Positions 48,101-57,597 of a stretch of DNA of 64,000 bases are shown piece after piece (the first letter of the stretch is position 1; each line of letters opens with the position of its first letter). Position numbers and translations under genes: made by a program. The notes below the pieces were generated by a model that made no database searches, was not told where the DNA came from, and worked only from the letters and a program-made list of their open reading frames with translations. This stretch comes from Tepidisphaera sp. (GTDB taxonomy: Bacteria; Planctomycetota; Phycisphaerae; Phycisphaerales; UBA1924). The stretch spans positions 96,001 through 160,000 of the forward strand of contig CP051526.1 of NCBI GenBank assembly GCA_050916045.1, given 5' to 3'.

Positions 48101-48113
48101 CTCCGTGAAGTGA
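45111..48113 (+). CDS. Secreted DUF5703/GH95-like glycoside hydrolase with an inserted LamG domain
   Basis: SMPIGNG, KLGQIRL, PIKFNGSIF, WWQNTRLPY, WGPNFDWLPDQCHG, LLPTWPKDWNVSFKLHAP; LamG-like insert at ~46115-46740. Confidence 0.75.
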   Translation: MTTLAVMISSLACVCGALPPSNPPTTPPSIIDQYNPVWASPSPNASGSMPIGNGTLGANVWVEPSGDLLLLLSRTDAWSETDRLLKLGQIRLRLDPNPFVGKGFRQELKLRDGVIEISDSGRSKLRVYVVPSIDQIRIEGDLAAPSKVSVALETWRTARKTFENDDELRSSWTMHSAPAEVRERLIWESPDIVRTESDRTALLWYHRNAHSVVPFTLTHQGLDPIKDQFKDPLINRTFGGLIEGVSETSFAVVKGKPSTIETTGAVQAFGVQVTTHSAQTPSPETWINDLRRISAPKPGADASLIETNAWWSAFWDRSWVFVEGDAQAASGKPIPKNKHPLRLGVDSNASNVFRGLMSRATVYRRALSSEEILRLASGGPRPDLPGGEISADFSTVLPAAEQPQTRDGWRCSSAFGPSCSWEPQGALTDERDADRWVAKFAGGHLRSLPDRSLTLDDGMTLEAIIKPAPDLGPARIFDKLTAGTSDGFLFDTHPGDSLRLIVGSLTVEARGVLKKDTWQHVAATYDPAAGFARIYLNGKLVASNLADPAEPAPPSRVTQAYILQRWIQACGAGVSRDGSRGEFPIKFNGSIFTVPPVFTEGQTHNADWRKWGGCFWWQNTRLPYYSMLASGDTEMMEPLFRFHENVLPGSKARTTLYYGAQGVYWPETITTFGTYGNGDYGWKRDGLAIGDISPCPWWQWAWNQSLELTQLMLDRAAYTGDTKFLKERALPMARETLLYFDTRFKRDDKGKLIVNPTQAAETYWHDVVNDAPVVGGLHTICDQLLALPKDIGTAEDRALWKRVKDATPAMPVWEQNGTKMAAPAEKFKNQRSNCETAELYPLWPFNQYALGKPNLDLAIAAYRARVDKAVVGWTQDGLFAAKLGLVDEARDQLLARVRNSNPKHRFPAMWGPNFDWLPDQCHGSNILTQTQLMLMQSDPVSGRILLLPTWPKDWNVSFKLHAPGQTVVECVYRSGVIEKLSVTPPARRADVVLPAGVSVK

Positions 48114-48156
48114 TCGGCCCGATTCCCCGCCGAGGGCGGAGCGTTACGATCCCGTC

Positions 48157-48840
48157 ATGGAATTCCGGGTGATCTCGATCGGCGCTCTCTCTCAGCATCC
48201 GTTCTGGGGCGAAAAGGTGCCCGTGCGCACCGGCCACGCGACCTGCACCCTGATCACCGCCGGAAAGCGCAAGATCCTCGTCGATCCGGGCCTGCCCGAA
48301 GCCGCGATCATCGCCGCTCTCAACGAGCGATCCGGTCTCCGCGTCTCCGAGATCACCGACGTCTTCCTCACCAGCTTTTCTCCCGACACCCGCCGCGGGA
48401 TCCTCGCGTTCCGTACCGCCGACTGGTGGATCGGTGAAGCCGAACGCGAAGCCGTCGGCATCCCCCTCGCACGCCAACTCGGCAAGCTCGCCGAAGAAGG
48501 CGTTGACCCCGACGTGCGCAAAGTCCTCGAAACCAGCATCGCCGTCCTCCAGCGCTGCAAGCCCGCGCCCGAGCGGCTCGCCGACCGCGTCGTCCCCTTC
48601 CCGATGCCCGGCGTCACGCCCGGCCTGACGGGGCTTCTCCTCGAACACCCCCGGTTCACAGGGCTGGTCTGCGGCGACGCCGTCCCGACCGTCGAGCATC
48701 TTGAACGCGGGCAGGTGCCTGACTGGTCCGCCGACGTGAAACTGGCTTCGGAGAGCTTCGCCGAAGCCGTCGAGATCGCCGACATTCTTGTTTGCGGACG
48801 TGACAACGCCATCGCCAACCCCACCAAACGGGCGTTCTGA
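48157..48840 (+). CDS. Metallo-beta-lactamase-fold protein with degenerate metal ligands
   Basis: TLI...ILVDPG, VFLTSFSPDTRRG (in place of THxHxDH), PGVTPG, CGDA. Confidence 0.7.
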   Translation: MEFRVISIGALSQHPFWGEKVPVRTGHATCTLITAGKRKILVDPGLPEAAIIAALNERSGLRVSEITDVFLTSFSPDTRRGILAFRTADWWIGEAEREAVGIPLARQLGKLAEEGVDPDVRKVLETSIAVLQRCKPAPERLADRVVPFPMPGVTPGLTGLLLEHPRFTGLVCGDAVPTVEHLERGQVPDWSADVKLASESFAEAVEIADILVCGRDNAIANPTKRAF

Positions 48841-48992
48841 ATCACGACGGATTCGAAACCTGTACGGCACCTGGGCCGAATAGACGGCGCAGGCCCGACG
48901 GGCTTGGCGAACGCGAGCGATCCGCCTTGGCGGTCCTTGAATTCGCGAGTATGCTGAACAGGTGCCGCGTGCGTCGCGGCGGAGGATGGTTC

Positions 48993-51005
48993 ATGCGCAG
49001 GGATCGGAACATTCGGGTGGCGATCGCTTTGCTGGCCGGCACGGCATGGTCCGCCCAGGCCCAGACGCCGCGCGACATCGAGCCCCCGCCCAGCAGGACC
49101 GAACCCGTCGGCCTGGATTCCGGCTGGCATGCTTCGCCCTCCCCCGACGAGGGACGAGAGGTCGTCTGGAGCGGCACTGTGTTCGTGTCCGGCGCTCGCT
49201 GGCTCAGGCTTTCGTTCAGCGAACTCGTGCTCACCGGCGATCCGGCCCGGGATGACGCCGCGGTGCTCCGCCTGACTTCGATGGAAGACGGCGCGGTCCA
49301 GATGCTCGACGCCGAGAGCGCCCGTCGCTGGAGCAACACCTCCGCCTACTTCAACGGGGAAGCCGTCTTCGTCGAGCTCCTCGGCGGCGCCGGGAGCGCC
49401 GAGTTTGGCCCAAGCCGCGTCGTGATCGCCGAGGCCGTCGCGGGTGAGCCTCCCTTCGCCACCCGCTCGATCTGCGGGCCCACCGACGACCGCACCCTCT
49501 CGAACGATCCCAAGGTCGCCCGATACCTGCCCTCGGGCTGCACCGCGTGGCTCATCAACGACGTCAACAAGCAGTTTCTCGCCGCCGGCCACTGCGGCAT
49601 CTCCAGCAGCGGTGTCTGCCAATTCAACGTCCCGCTTTCCAACGCCGACGGAAGCCTCCGCCAGCCCCCGCCCGAGGACCAGTACCCGGTCGAGCCCACC
49701 AGCATCCAAGCCGCGAACGTGACTGTCGGTGATGACTGGGCCTATTTCGGCTGCTGGCCCAACAGCACGACGAACCAGAGCGCCTTCCAGCGCCAAGGCG
49801 AGACGTTCACGCTCGCTCCGACCGTCGCCGGCCCCGCGGGCGACACGATCCGAATCACCGGCTTTGGCACCACTACCTCGCCGGTCCCGCCCAGCTGGAA
49901 CCAAGCTCAGAAAACGCACACCGGCCAGTACGTGCAGAGGACCGGAACCGTCCTTCGCTACAACGCCGACACGACGGGCGGTAACTCCGGCTCCGCCGTG
50001 CTGAATGAAACCACCGGGTTCGCCATCGGCATCCACACCAACGGCGGATGCACCACCGGCGGCGGAACCAATTCTGGTACTTCTCTCGACAATCCGGGCC
50101 TGCGAGCCGCGCTCGCGTCCCCGCGGGGCATCTGTTCACCGGGATTCGGCGTGCTCGTGCCGCCGGTCTTCGCCGCGGGCGACTCCACGCGCGCTTTCGG
50201 CACGGTCAGTTACATCGACGGCACGTTCTCGAGGGTCTCCGCGACGAGCTACGCGATCGACGGCATGGCCTACGACGCCAACCGCGGCGTGTTCTGGGCG
50301 TGCACCACCGACCGCATCCTGCTCCGAATCGATCCCGAGACCGGCATTGCGACCGCGGTGAACACGCTTCAGGGCTCGTCGCGCTCAGCCGCAGGCCTCG
50401 CGTACGACCCCTTCGCGGACAGGCTGTACGGGATCACGCAGGTGGGCGGCCGGATTCTCTCGATCGACATGACGACCGCGGCGGTCTCGCCCGTGGGCGG
50501 CCCCGGCGGCAACAACGTGGGCGCGCTCGATTTCGACACGCACACGCGAACGATCTACGGCATCGACGACAGTTCCAGCGGCTCGCGACTGATCCGCATC
50601 GACGCGGTGACCGGCGTGCAGACGGTCGTCGGGCTTCTCGGCTCGGGCATCTTCGACTGCAACGGCCTGGCGTACAACCCGGCCGATCGGCAGCTCTACA
50701 CGATCCTCGCGTCCACCGAGCAGCTTCTCCGGATCAACCCCGCGACGGGCGCCGCGACCGCGGTCGGAGCCACCGCTTCCCTGTGGGGAGCCAACTTTGG
50801 GCTCGCGGCCATCGGCGACCTTCCCGAACTCTGTGCGGCGGACTTCAACCGCGACGGCTTTGTCGACTTCTTCGACTATGACGCGTTCGTCGGTTGCTTT
50901 GAGGGCGGCTCCTGCGGCCCATCCTCGGCAGACTTCAACCGCGACGACTTCGTCGACTTCTTCGACTACATGGACTTCGTCGTGGCGTTTGAAGCCGGCT
51001 GCTGA
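48993..51005 (+). CDS. Secreted trypsin-like (S1) serine protease + beta-propeller + GC-type dockerin
   Basis: AAGHC, DDWAYF and GGNSGS catalytic motifs; GLAYD/N repeats; dockerin tail. Start MRRDRN follows GGAGG. Confidence 0.88.
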   Translation: MRRDRNIRVAIALLAGTAWSAQAQTPRDIEPPPSRTEPVGLDSGWHASPSPDEGREVVWSGTVFVSGARWLRLSFSELVLTGDPARDDAAVLRLTSMEDGAVQMLDAESARRWSNTSAYFNGEAVFVELLGGAGSAEFGPSRVVIAEAVAGEPPFATRSICGPTDDRTLSNDPKVARYLPSGCTAWLINDVNKQFLAAGHCGISSSGVCQFNVPLSNADGSLRQPPPEDQYPVEPTSIQAANVTVGDDWAYFGCWPNSTTNQSAFQRQGETFTLAPTVAGPAGDTIRITGFGTTTSPVPPSWNQAQKTHTGQYVQRTGTVLRYNADTTGGNSGSAVLNETTGFAIGIHTNGGCTTGGGTNSGTSLDNPGLRAALASPRGICSPGFGVLVPPVFAAGDSTRAFGTVSYIDGTFSRVSATSYAIDGMAYDANRGVFWACTTDRILLRIDPETGIATAVNTLQGSSRSAAGLAYDPFADRLYGITQVGGRILSIDMTTAAVSPVGGPGGNNVGALDFDTHTRTIYGIDDSSSGSRLIRIDAVTGVQTVVGLLGSGIFDCNGLAYNPADRQLYTILASTEQLLRINPATGAATAVGATASLWGANFGLAAIGDLPELCAADFNRDGFVDFFDYDAFVGCFEGGSCGPSSADFNRDDFVDFFDYMDFVVAFEAGC

Positions 51006-51139
51006 ACGATTTCTCGGACTTTCTCCGCCGTCCGAGATGCAGAAAGTTCGCGGTCACGGCGACGGATCGCTTGTTCTCTTCGCGTCCGTCGGGTATTTAT
51101 TGGTGTACCGCGAAAGCGGCCACCGAGGAGAGACAAGAC

Positions 51140-51808
51140 ATGCGGATCACAGCTGCCATCATCGGCCTTCTTGCCGCCGGGACCGCCCACGCCGACATCG
51201 ACAACATGCGCGACTACTTCGTCGGCGCGGGCTTCGGCTCGCAGTCCGGAAGCGAAGCATGGACCGTTCGATACGGCGGCCATGACGGCGGCTTCCTCGG
51301 TTCGGCCGGGTCGTACTTCGCAGGTCCCTACCAGCACGGCACCCCCATCTTCGGTCCGCTTCTTGGGATCGGCGACTACGCCGGGTGGTGGCACGGAGCC
51401 ACGTTCGAAGGGCTCTTCATCCACGCCGGCCCGGGCATCTCGCTCCACGCCCAACGCAACTTCTCCGAAGCGACCACGCTGAGTGGGCTGACCGTGCAGG
51501 CCGAAATGGTCCTCAACGGCAGCTCCAGCAACGGGATGGACGTGGATGTCTTCACGATCATCGACGGCGTGCGCACGCACCGCGGCGGGTTCACGTTCTT
51601 CCACACCACCGTCGCGACCGAGCAGGCCTTTGACTTTGGCGGCGAGGTGCAGTTCGGAGCCGGCGACCGCGTCGAGGTCGTCTATTCCGATAACGGCTCC
51701 TTCCTGTACGACCACGGCAACACGAACGTGATCTTGAACGTCGTGCCGGCTCCGGCTTCGTGCGCTCTGCTGGGCATCGGGTTCCTCGGCCGTCGCCGCC
51801 GGTCTTGA
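51140..51808 (+). CDS. Secreted PEP-CTERM-like protein
   Basis: GAGGAG RBS; signal peptide ending AHA; C-terminal VPAPASCALLGIGFLGRRRRS. Confidence 0.8.
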   Translation: MRITAAIIGLLAAGTAHADIDNMRDYFVGAGFGSQSGSEAWTVRYGGHDGGFLGSAGSYFAGPYQHGTPIFGPLLGIGDYAGWWHGATFEGLFIHAGPGISLHAQRNFSEATTLSGLTVQAEMVLNGSSSNGMDVDVFTIIDGVRTHRGGFTFFHTTVATEQAFDFGGEVQFGAGDRVEVVYSDNGSFLYDHGNTNVILNVVPAPASCALLGIGFLGRRRRS

Positions 51809-51973
51809 ATGAGCCGCTTCCGGCGGTCGGATCAAGAAAATCTGAGAATTCGTCGGACGATCTTCTGGGCTTGAGCGCCGGAGGAGGTGGCGACCGGATG
51901 TTCCCCCCTTGGGCGGGGGCTTCAGGTCGATTCACCCCCGCGCGCCCCGAGCGGCGGGTCAGGGAGTTGTCCA

Positions 51974-54007
51974 ATGAAGACCCGTTCCTCCGCCGTGATC
52001 GTCCCCCTCGTCGCTCTGGTCGCAAGCGTCTTCTGCACGCCCGTGATCGCCGGCCCCGTCGGCACCGCTTTCACCTACCAGGGTGAGGTTTCCAACGCCG
52101 GCGTCCCCATCAACGGCGCGGTGGACCTGCGATTCCGGCTTTACTCTCTCGCCGCCGGCGGAGCCCAGATCGGCCCGGCCCTGCAAGCGACCACGACCGC
52201 AGTGGACGGTCGATTCACGGTGAACCTGGATTTCGGCGCCGTTCCCTTCTCGCTCGGCGAGGAACGCTGGCTTGAGATCGATGTTCGATCCCCCTCCGGC
52301 GGCGGTGTCTACACGACCCTCGCTCAGCGTCAGTCGCTGAAAGCCGCTCCCTACGCCATGTACGCTCTGAGCGGCCTCCAAGGCCCCGCCGGCCCTCAGG
52401 GCCCGCAAGGCGTTCCCGGCCCCACAGGTCCGCAAGGCCCGCAGGGCAACACCGGGCCGACTGGTCCCCAAGGTCCCCAAGGCAACACTGGCGCGACCGG
52501 GCCCGCTGGTCCTCAAGGCCCCCAAGGCAACACCGGCCCGGCCGGACCCCAAGGCCCGCAAGGCACCTCCCCCTGGGGCCTCACCGGCAACAACACCTGG
52601 TACACCCAAGGCAACGTCGGCATCGGCACCAACACCCCCGCGAACAAGCTCTCCCTCGTTGGGTCCGGCACGGTGGCGCGGGCCGACGTGGACACCACCG
52701 GCGGCAATAGCACGATCCTTCGCGGGTTCCTGACGGGTTCGGGCGGGGGCACCGGCGTCTCGATCGATTCCGCGGCGGCCACGGGCTCGATCTTCGCGTC
52801 GAGCGCGACCAATGGCGGCGGGCAGGTCATCAACTTCGCCGGCACGAACGCGAGCGGCGCCGGACGCGGCTTGTCCATCAGCATGACCAGCACGGCGGGA
52901 ACCACCTACGGCGGGTACATCACCAACGCCAGCCCCGCCGGCTACGGGCTCTGGGTCAACAACACCGCCCTCAGCGGCACCACCTACGGCATCCGCAGCG
53001 AGAACAACAGCCCCGACGGGTACGCGATCTACGCGGTGCACGACAACTCCGCCGGCGACGGCCCCGCGATCTTCGCACGTACCGACTCCCTCTCCAGCGG
53101 CGCCTATGCGATCCACGGTGTGGTCGCCAACGGGACCGCGGGCGGTGGCGGAGCCGCGGGTGTTCGTGGCGAGAACATGGCCACCACCAACGGCTACGGC
53201 GTCTACGGCACGCACGCCGGCGCGGGATGGGGCGTCTACGGCCAAGCCCCCACCGGCCGCGGCGTCTTCGGCCTCTCCACCTCGGGCATCGGCGTCCGCG
53301 GTCAGTCGACCTCCGGCATCGCCGTGAACGGATTCTCAAACTCGAACTACGGCGTCTTCGGCCAGTCCGACGACAACTACGGGGTGTACGGGTTGTCCGC
53401 GACGGACGTCGGTGTTCGCGGTCTGTCGATCAACTCGCACGGCGTCTACGGCTCTTGCACGGGCACGGGTCGCGGCGTCTATGGATATTCCGCGTCCGGC
53501 TACGGCGGGTACTTTGACGCGGGCTCCGCCGGCACCGCTCTCTACGTGGTGGGCACCGCTTCCGTCGGCGTCCTTCAGATCCGCGGCGGCGCCGACCTCG
53601 CCGAGAAGTTCGAGGTCGCGTGCACGGAGGCCAAGCCCGGCATGGTCGTCATGATCGACCCCGAACAGGTCGGCGGCATGAAGCTCGCTTCTGGCAAGTA
53701 CAACCGCTGCGTCGCGGGCGTCATCTCCGGAGCCAACAAGCTCGAAGCCGGCATGATCCTCGGCGACTTCGAAGGCAACAGCGACAAAGCCCAGCCCATC
53801 GCCCTCACCGGCCGCGTCTGGACCTACTGCGACGCTTCCGAATCCGCGATCGAGCCCGGCGACCTGCTCACCACCTCCGACACCCCCGGCTACGCGATGC
53901 CTGTCATCGACTCGTCCAAAGCCCCCGGCGCGACCATCGGGAAAGCCATGTCGCGTCTGGCCAAGGGCGAGAAGGGCATGGTCCTCGTGCTCATCAACCT
54001 CCAGTAA
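51974..54007 (+). CDS. Secreted fibre-like protein: FTYQG N-domain, collagen stalk, GVxG beta-solenoid, peptidase G2/intramolecular chaperone-like C-terminus
   Basis: Signal peptide; AFTYQG; 22 Gly-X-Y triplets; GNVGIGT; G(Y/V)GV(Y/F)G repeats; GGADLAE...GVIS...GRV...[10 protein letters not shown]...IGKAM...VLINLQ. Confidence 0.85.
   Translation: MKTRSSAVIVPLVALVASVFCTPVIAGPVGTAFTYQGEVSNAGVPINGAVDLRFRLYSLAAGGAQIGPALQATTTAVDGRFTVNLDFGAVPFSLGEERWLEIDVRSPSGGGVYTTLAQRQSLKAAPYAMYALSGLQGPAGPQGPQGVPGPTGPQGPQGNTGPTGPQGPQGNTGATGPAGPQGPQGNTGPAGPQGPQGTSPWGLTGNNTWYTQGNVGIGTNTPANKLSLVGSGTVARADVDTTGGNSTILRGFLTGSGGGTGVSIDSAAATGSIFASSATNGGGQVINFAGTNASGAGRGLSISMTSTAGTTYGGYITNASPAGYGLWVNNTALSGTTYGIRSENNSPDGYAIYAVHDNSAGDGPAIFARTDSLSSGAYAIHGVVANGTAGGGGAAGVRGENMATTNGYGVYGTHAGAGWGVYGQAPTGRGVFGLSTSGIGVRGQSTSGIAVNGFSNSNYGVFGQSDDNYGVYGLSATDVGVRGLSINSHGVYGSCTGTGRGVYGYSASGYGGYFDAGSAGTALYVVGTASVGVLQIRGGADLAEKFEVACTEAKPGMVVMIDPEQVGGMKLASGKYNRCVAGVISGANKLEAGMILGDFEGNSDKAQPIALTGRVWTYCDASESAIEPGDLLTTSDTPGYAMPVIDSSKAPGATIGKAMSRLAKGEKGMVLVLINLQ
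52373..52570 (+). repeat. Collagen-like Gly-X-Y tandem repeat (coding)
   Basis: [13 protein letters not shown] repeats; DNA ggyccncaaggyccncaaggcaacac repeated. Confidence 0.9.
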
Positions 54008-54031
54008 GAAGCAACTCTCAAGGAGGCTCTC

Positions 54032-55519
54032 ATGAAGTTCCCCCTCTGGATGCTCGCCGGCTTGGCGGCCGGTTCCGCGCACGCACAAATCCAGCTCTTC
54101 GCGCCCGAAGCGATCCCCGCCGGGTTCCCCCTCCGGCAGGGAGCGGTCTCCGCCATCGGGGTCCGACCCGACTTCGACAAGCTGTCGGTCCTCGCGGTGG
54201 GCGATGAGGTCCAAGTCCCCCTCGGCGACGGCTTCTCGGTGACCGCCCGTGTCTCGCGCGTCGTTCGACTCGCCCAGTCCAGGGTGACGATCCACGCCGA
54301 GGTGCTGGACCTGCCCGAAGCTTCCTTCATCCTCTGCCAGGAGGACGACGCGATCGCGATGAGCGTGTGGCTTCCGACCATCGGCGGCCTGTACCGGCTT
54401 CAGTACATCGAGAACGGGCTTCACGCCGCGTGCAAGCTGGACGACCGGCTGCTTCCCGAGTGCGGCGGAACGCCTCAGGCGCCGCCCCCGCCCGACCTCG
54501 ACATCGATGATCCGGCGGGCGATGACGACCACTGGACCGTGGGCACGGGCCGCATCGACGGCCGTCCCGATCTCGGCGACGGATCCGCGGGCGGGATTGA
54601 GTCCGCGGGATGCACGCAGTCCACACCCATCATCGACACGATGGTCGTTTACACCGACGTCGCCCGCAGCGCCGCGGGCGGAGCCAGCGCGATCCGCGCC
54701 GAGTGCCGCCTCGCGATCGAATCCACCAACGCCGCGTACGCGCGAAGCGGGATCAGCGTCCGGCAGCGCCTGGTGTGGGCGGGGGAAGTCACGTACAACG
54801 AGGCGGGCAGCTTCGAGGACCATCTCAACCGCGTGACGGATGCGGCCGACGGGTTCTTTGACTGGATCAACGTCACCAAGGACCAGGTGAACGCCGACTT
54901 GTGCGCGATGTTCGTCGACGACTCCTCCTCCGGCGGACTCGGCTGGTGCGCCATCTCGTCCAACGCCCGCGCGTACAGCATCACGCGATGGGATATCGCC
55001 GCTTCGGCGTTCGTCCACGCCCACGAGACCGGGCACAACCTCGGATGCGCCCACGACCCCGACAACGTCGACTGCAATCCCGCATCCTCTTACGGGTTGG
55101 GGCACCGGTTCTCCGGAAACGACAGTGTCCAGTACCGCACGGTGATGTCCTACGCCCCCGGGACCCGTATCCAGAACTTCTCCAATCCCAACGTGAACTT
55201 CCAGGGTCAGCCCACCGGCCTCTCGACCCGCAACAACGCCCGCATCATCAACGAACGCGACACGATCATCGAGGATCTTCAGTTCACCCGCTGGGACATC
55301 TACGTCAATCTCGCCTACAGCGGCACCGAGATCGGCACCTACGCCCTCCCGTACAACACCGTCTCCGAAGGGATCGGCGCTCTCGCCGTCGGCACCAACG
55401 CCGGCGAACTTCCAAGCCTCTACATCCGTGCAGGCACCAGCTCCTACGTCGGCACCATCTCCAAAGCCATGGAGATCAACGCCTGCAGCGGCGTGGTCAA
55501 CATCGGCGGCAACCCCTGA
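54032..55519 (+). CDS. Secreted M12 family zinc metalloprotease (paralogue 1)
   Basis: HETGHNLGCAH and RTVMSY Met-turn; ends KAMEINACSGVVNIGGNP. Confidence 0.88.
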   Translation: MKFPLWMLAGLAAGSAHAQIQLFAPEAIPAGFPLRQGAVSAIGVRPDFDKLSVLAVGDEVQVPLGDGFSVTARVSRVVRLAQSRVTIHAEVLDLPEASFILCQEDDAIAMSVWLPTIGGLYRLQYIENGLHAACKLDDRLLPECGGTPQAPPPPDLDIDDPAGDDDHWTVGTGRIDGRPDLGDGSAGGIESAGCTQSTPIIDTMVVYTDVARSAAGGASAIRAECRLAIESTNAAYARSGISVRQRLVWAGEVTYNEAGSFEDHLNRVTDAADGFFDWINVTKDQVNADLCAMFVDDSSSGGLGWCAISSNARAYSITRWDIAASAFVHAHETGHNLGCAHDPDNVDCNPASSYGLGHRFSGNDSVQYRTVMSYAPGTRIQNFSNPNVNFQGQPTGLSTRNNARIINERDTIIEDLQFTRWDIYVNLAYSGTEIGTYALPYNTVSEGIGALAVGTNAGELPSLYIRAGTSSYVGTISKAMEINACSGVVNIGGNP

Positions 55520-55550
55520 AGGTGCCGCAACCGTCAGATCGGGAACTCTC

Positions 55551-57086
55551 ATGATCGCACGTGCAGCATTCATCTTGTCCGCTTCGCTCCTGATCGCTGG
55601 TCACGCTTGCGCCCAGGGCGTGCCGGATGCCGCGACGCTGCCCAGGACTTTCTTCGCGGCGCCGATGCCGCAGGGCGCCGAGCCGCACCGCCAGAGCATC
55701 GTCTTTCAGCCCGCTTCCATCGACACGGCCATGCTCGGAGCCCTGAGCGTCGGCGACTGGTTCGCGATCAACGTCTCGCCCGAGCGCACCTTCGTGGGCC
55801 TCGTGCGCGAGATGCGTCACCGCGGCGACGGTCGCTTCACGATCTCCGGCACGCTCGACGGGCTCGAAGAGACCACCTTCGTGATCGCCGTCCAGCACGA
55901 AGCCGTCGCGGGGACGTTCCAGTCGCCCACGACCGAAGAGCACTACAAGCTCAAGTACACGGGCGAAGCCGGTGTTCACCTCGTCTGCCAGATCGACCCG
56001 TCCAAGTACGGCAAGTGCGCCGGCGCGATCCAGCCCCCGCCTCGCCCCGAGGGCGCCGCGTGGCTCAACCCCGTCGATGATCTGGACGAAGCCGTCGCCG
56101 CGCTCCCCCCGCCGCCCGACGGGGACGACCCCTTCGGCGATCGCGGCTCGTGCCCCACGCCGCAGACCATCTTCGACGGCATGGTCGCGTACTCCGACAA
56201 CGTCCGCGTCGCCATGGGCGGCACCAACGCCGTTCTCGCCGAGATCGAGCTCACCCAGACCGTGACCAACGAGGTCTACTCCCGAAGCGGCGTCGCCGCA
56301 CGCTACCGCGTCGTCTGGGTCGGCGAGGTCAACTACGCCCAGACCAGCGACGGAGACACCGACCTCTCCCAACTCGCGGACGGGAGCGACGGCATTCTGG
56401 ACAACCTCCACACCATCCGCGACAACGAGAACGCCGATTTCGTCACGCTCTGGGTCACCACCATCGGCGAAGGGCTTTGCGGCATCGCGTACTGCACGCC
56501 CGACGCGTCCGACGCCTTCAACGTCGTGGTGTGGGACTGCGCCGCCGACAACTTCAGCCACCCGCACGAGCTCGGCCACAACCAGGGGTGCGACCACAAC
56601 GACGGCGACGGAACCCTCGGTTGCGGCGAGTACGACTACTCCCTCGGGTACCGGTTCTTCGGTTCGGATGGACGCGGCTACCGCACCGTCATGGCGTACG
56701 ACACCGAGCGGCCGACCTACACACGCATCGGCTACTTCTCGACGCCGAATCGTTCGTTCATGGGTCGCACCGTCGGCACCGCCGACATCGACAACACCCG
56801 ATCGATCAACAACACCCGCGCTCGATGCGAAGGGTTCCAGTTCAGCCGCGTCGAGGTCTACGTCGACTTCGGGTTCGGAGGTCTCCAGTTCGGCACCTTC
56901 AGCAACCCTTACTCCAACTTCCTCACCGCCGTCAACGTCAGCCGCCAGCCCGCTTCCTCCGCCCTCGTCGAGGACCAAGCCACCGTGTTCCTCAAGCCCG
57001 GCACCGGCTCATTCAGCGGCACGGTGAACAAAGCCATGTGGCTTCGGGCCTGCGGCGGCACGGTCAACATCGGCGGCAACCCCTGA
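55551..57086 (+). CDS. Secreted M12 family zinc metalloprotease (paralogue 2)
   Basis: HELGHNQGCDH and RTVMAY; ends KAMWLRACGGTVNIGGNP. Start at MIARAA (55551). Confidence 0.88.
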   Translation: MIARAAFILSASLLIAGHACAQGVPDAATLPRTFFAAPMPQGAEPHRQSIVFQPASIDTAMLGALSVGDWFAINVSPERTFVGLVREMRHRGDGRFTISGTLDGLEETTFVIAVQHEAVAGTFQSPTTEEHYKLKYTGEAGVHLVCQIDPSKYGKCAGAIQPPPRPEGAAWLNPVDDLDEAVAALPPPPDGDDPFGDRGSCPTPQTIFDGMVAYSDNVRVAMGGTNAVLAEIELTQTVTNEVYSRSGVAARYRVVWVGEVNYAQTSDGDTDLSQLADGSDGILDNLHTIRDNENADFVTLWVTTIGEGLCGIAYCTPDASDAFNVVVWDCAADNFSHPHELGHNQGCDHNDGDGTLGCGEYDYSLGYRFFGSDGRGYRTVMAYDTERPTYTRIGYFSTPNRSFMGRTVGTADIDNTRSINNTRARCEGFQFSRVEVYVDFGFGGLQFGTFSNPYSNFLTAVNVSRQPASSALVEDQATVFLKPGTGSFSGTVNKAMWLRACGGTVNIGGNP

Positions 57087-57186
57087 ACACACCCCTGATC
57101 TCGGCCATGTTCCGAACGACACCCGATCACAAAAATCTCTGGCCAAACCAGTCCTCGTCTGTATACTCCGCGTAAGGATTCCTGCC

Positions 57187-57597
57187 ATGAAGACCACCAC
57201 CCTGCTCGCCCTCGCCGGTTCCTCTGCCCTCGCTTCGCTCGCGGCGGCTCAGCCCTTCGAGATCAGCTGGTACACGATCGACGGCGGCGGCGGGACGTCC
57301 ACGGGCGGCACCTTCGCGGTGTCCGGCACGATCGGACAGCCCGACGCGGGCACGCTGACGGGTGGCACGTTCGAGGTCCGCGGCGGATTCTGGACCGGCG
57401 CGAGCTCCGGCACCCCCTCCTGCCCGGCGGACTTCAACGGCGATGATTTCGTCGACTTCTTCGACTACGCCGATTACGTGACGTGCTTCGAAGACGCGAT
57501 CTGCCCCCCGGGCAAGACGGCGGACTTCAACGGCGACGACTTCGTCGATTTCTTCGACTACTCGGACTATGTCACGGCCTTCGAGACGGGCTGCTGA
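57187..57597 (+). CDS. Small secreted protein: 'WYTIDGGGG...TIGQPDAG...GGFW' domain + GC-type dockerin
   Basis: Signal peptide, ~55-aa Gly-rich beta domain, dockerin tail ending FETGC. Confidence 0.85.
   Translation: MKTTTLLALAGSSALASLAAAQPFEISWYTIDGGGGTSTGGTFAVSGTIGQPDAGTLTGGTFEVRGGFWTGASSGTPSCPADFNGDDFVDFFDYADYVTCFEDAICPPGKTADFNGDDFVDFFDYSDYVTAFETGC

Noticed and set aside
51974..54007. Prophage tail-fibre interpretation
   Set aside because: The protein has a Sec signal peptide, and there are no capsid, terminase, integrase or other phage genes nearby.
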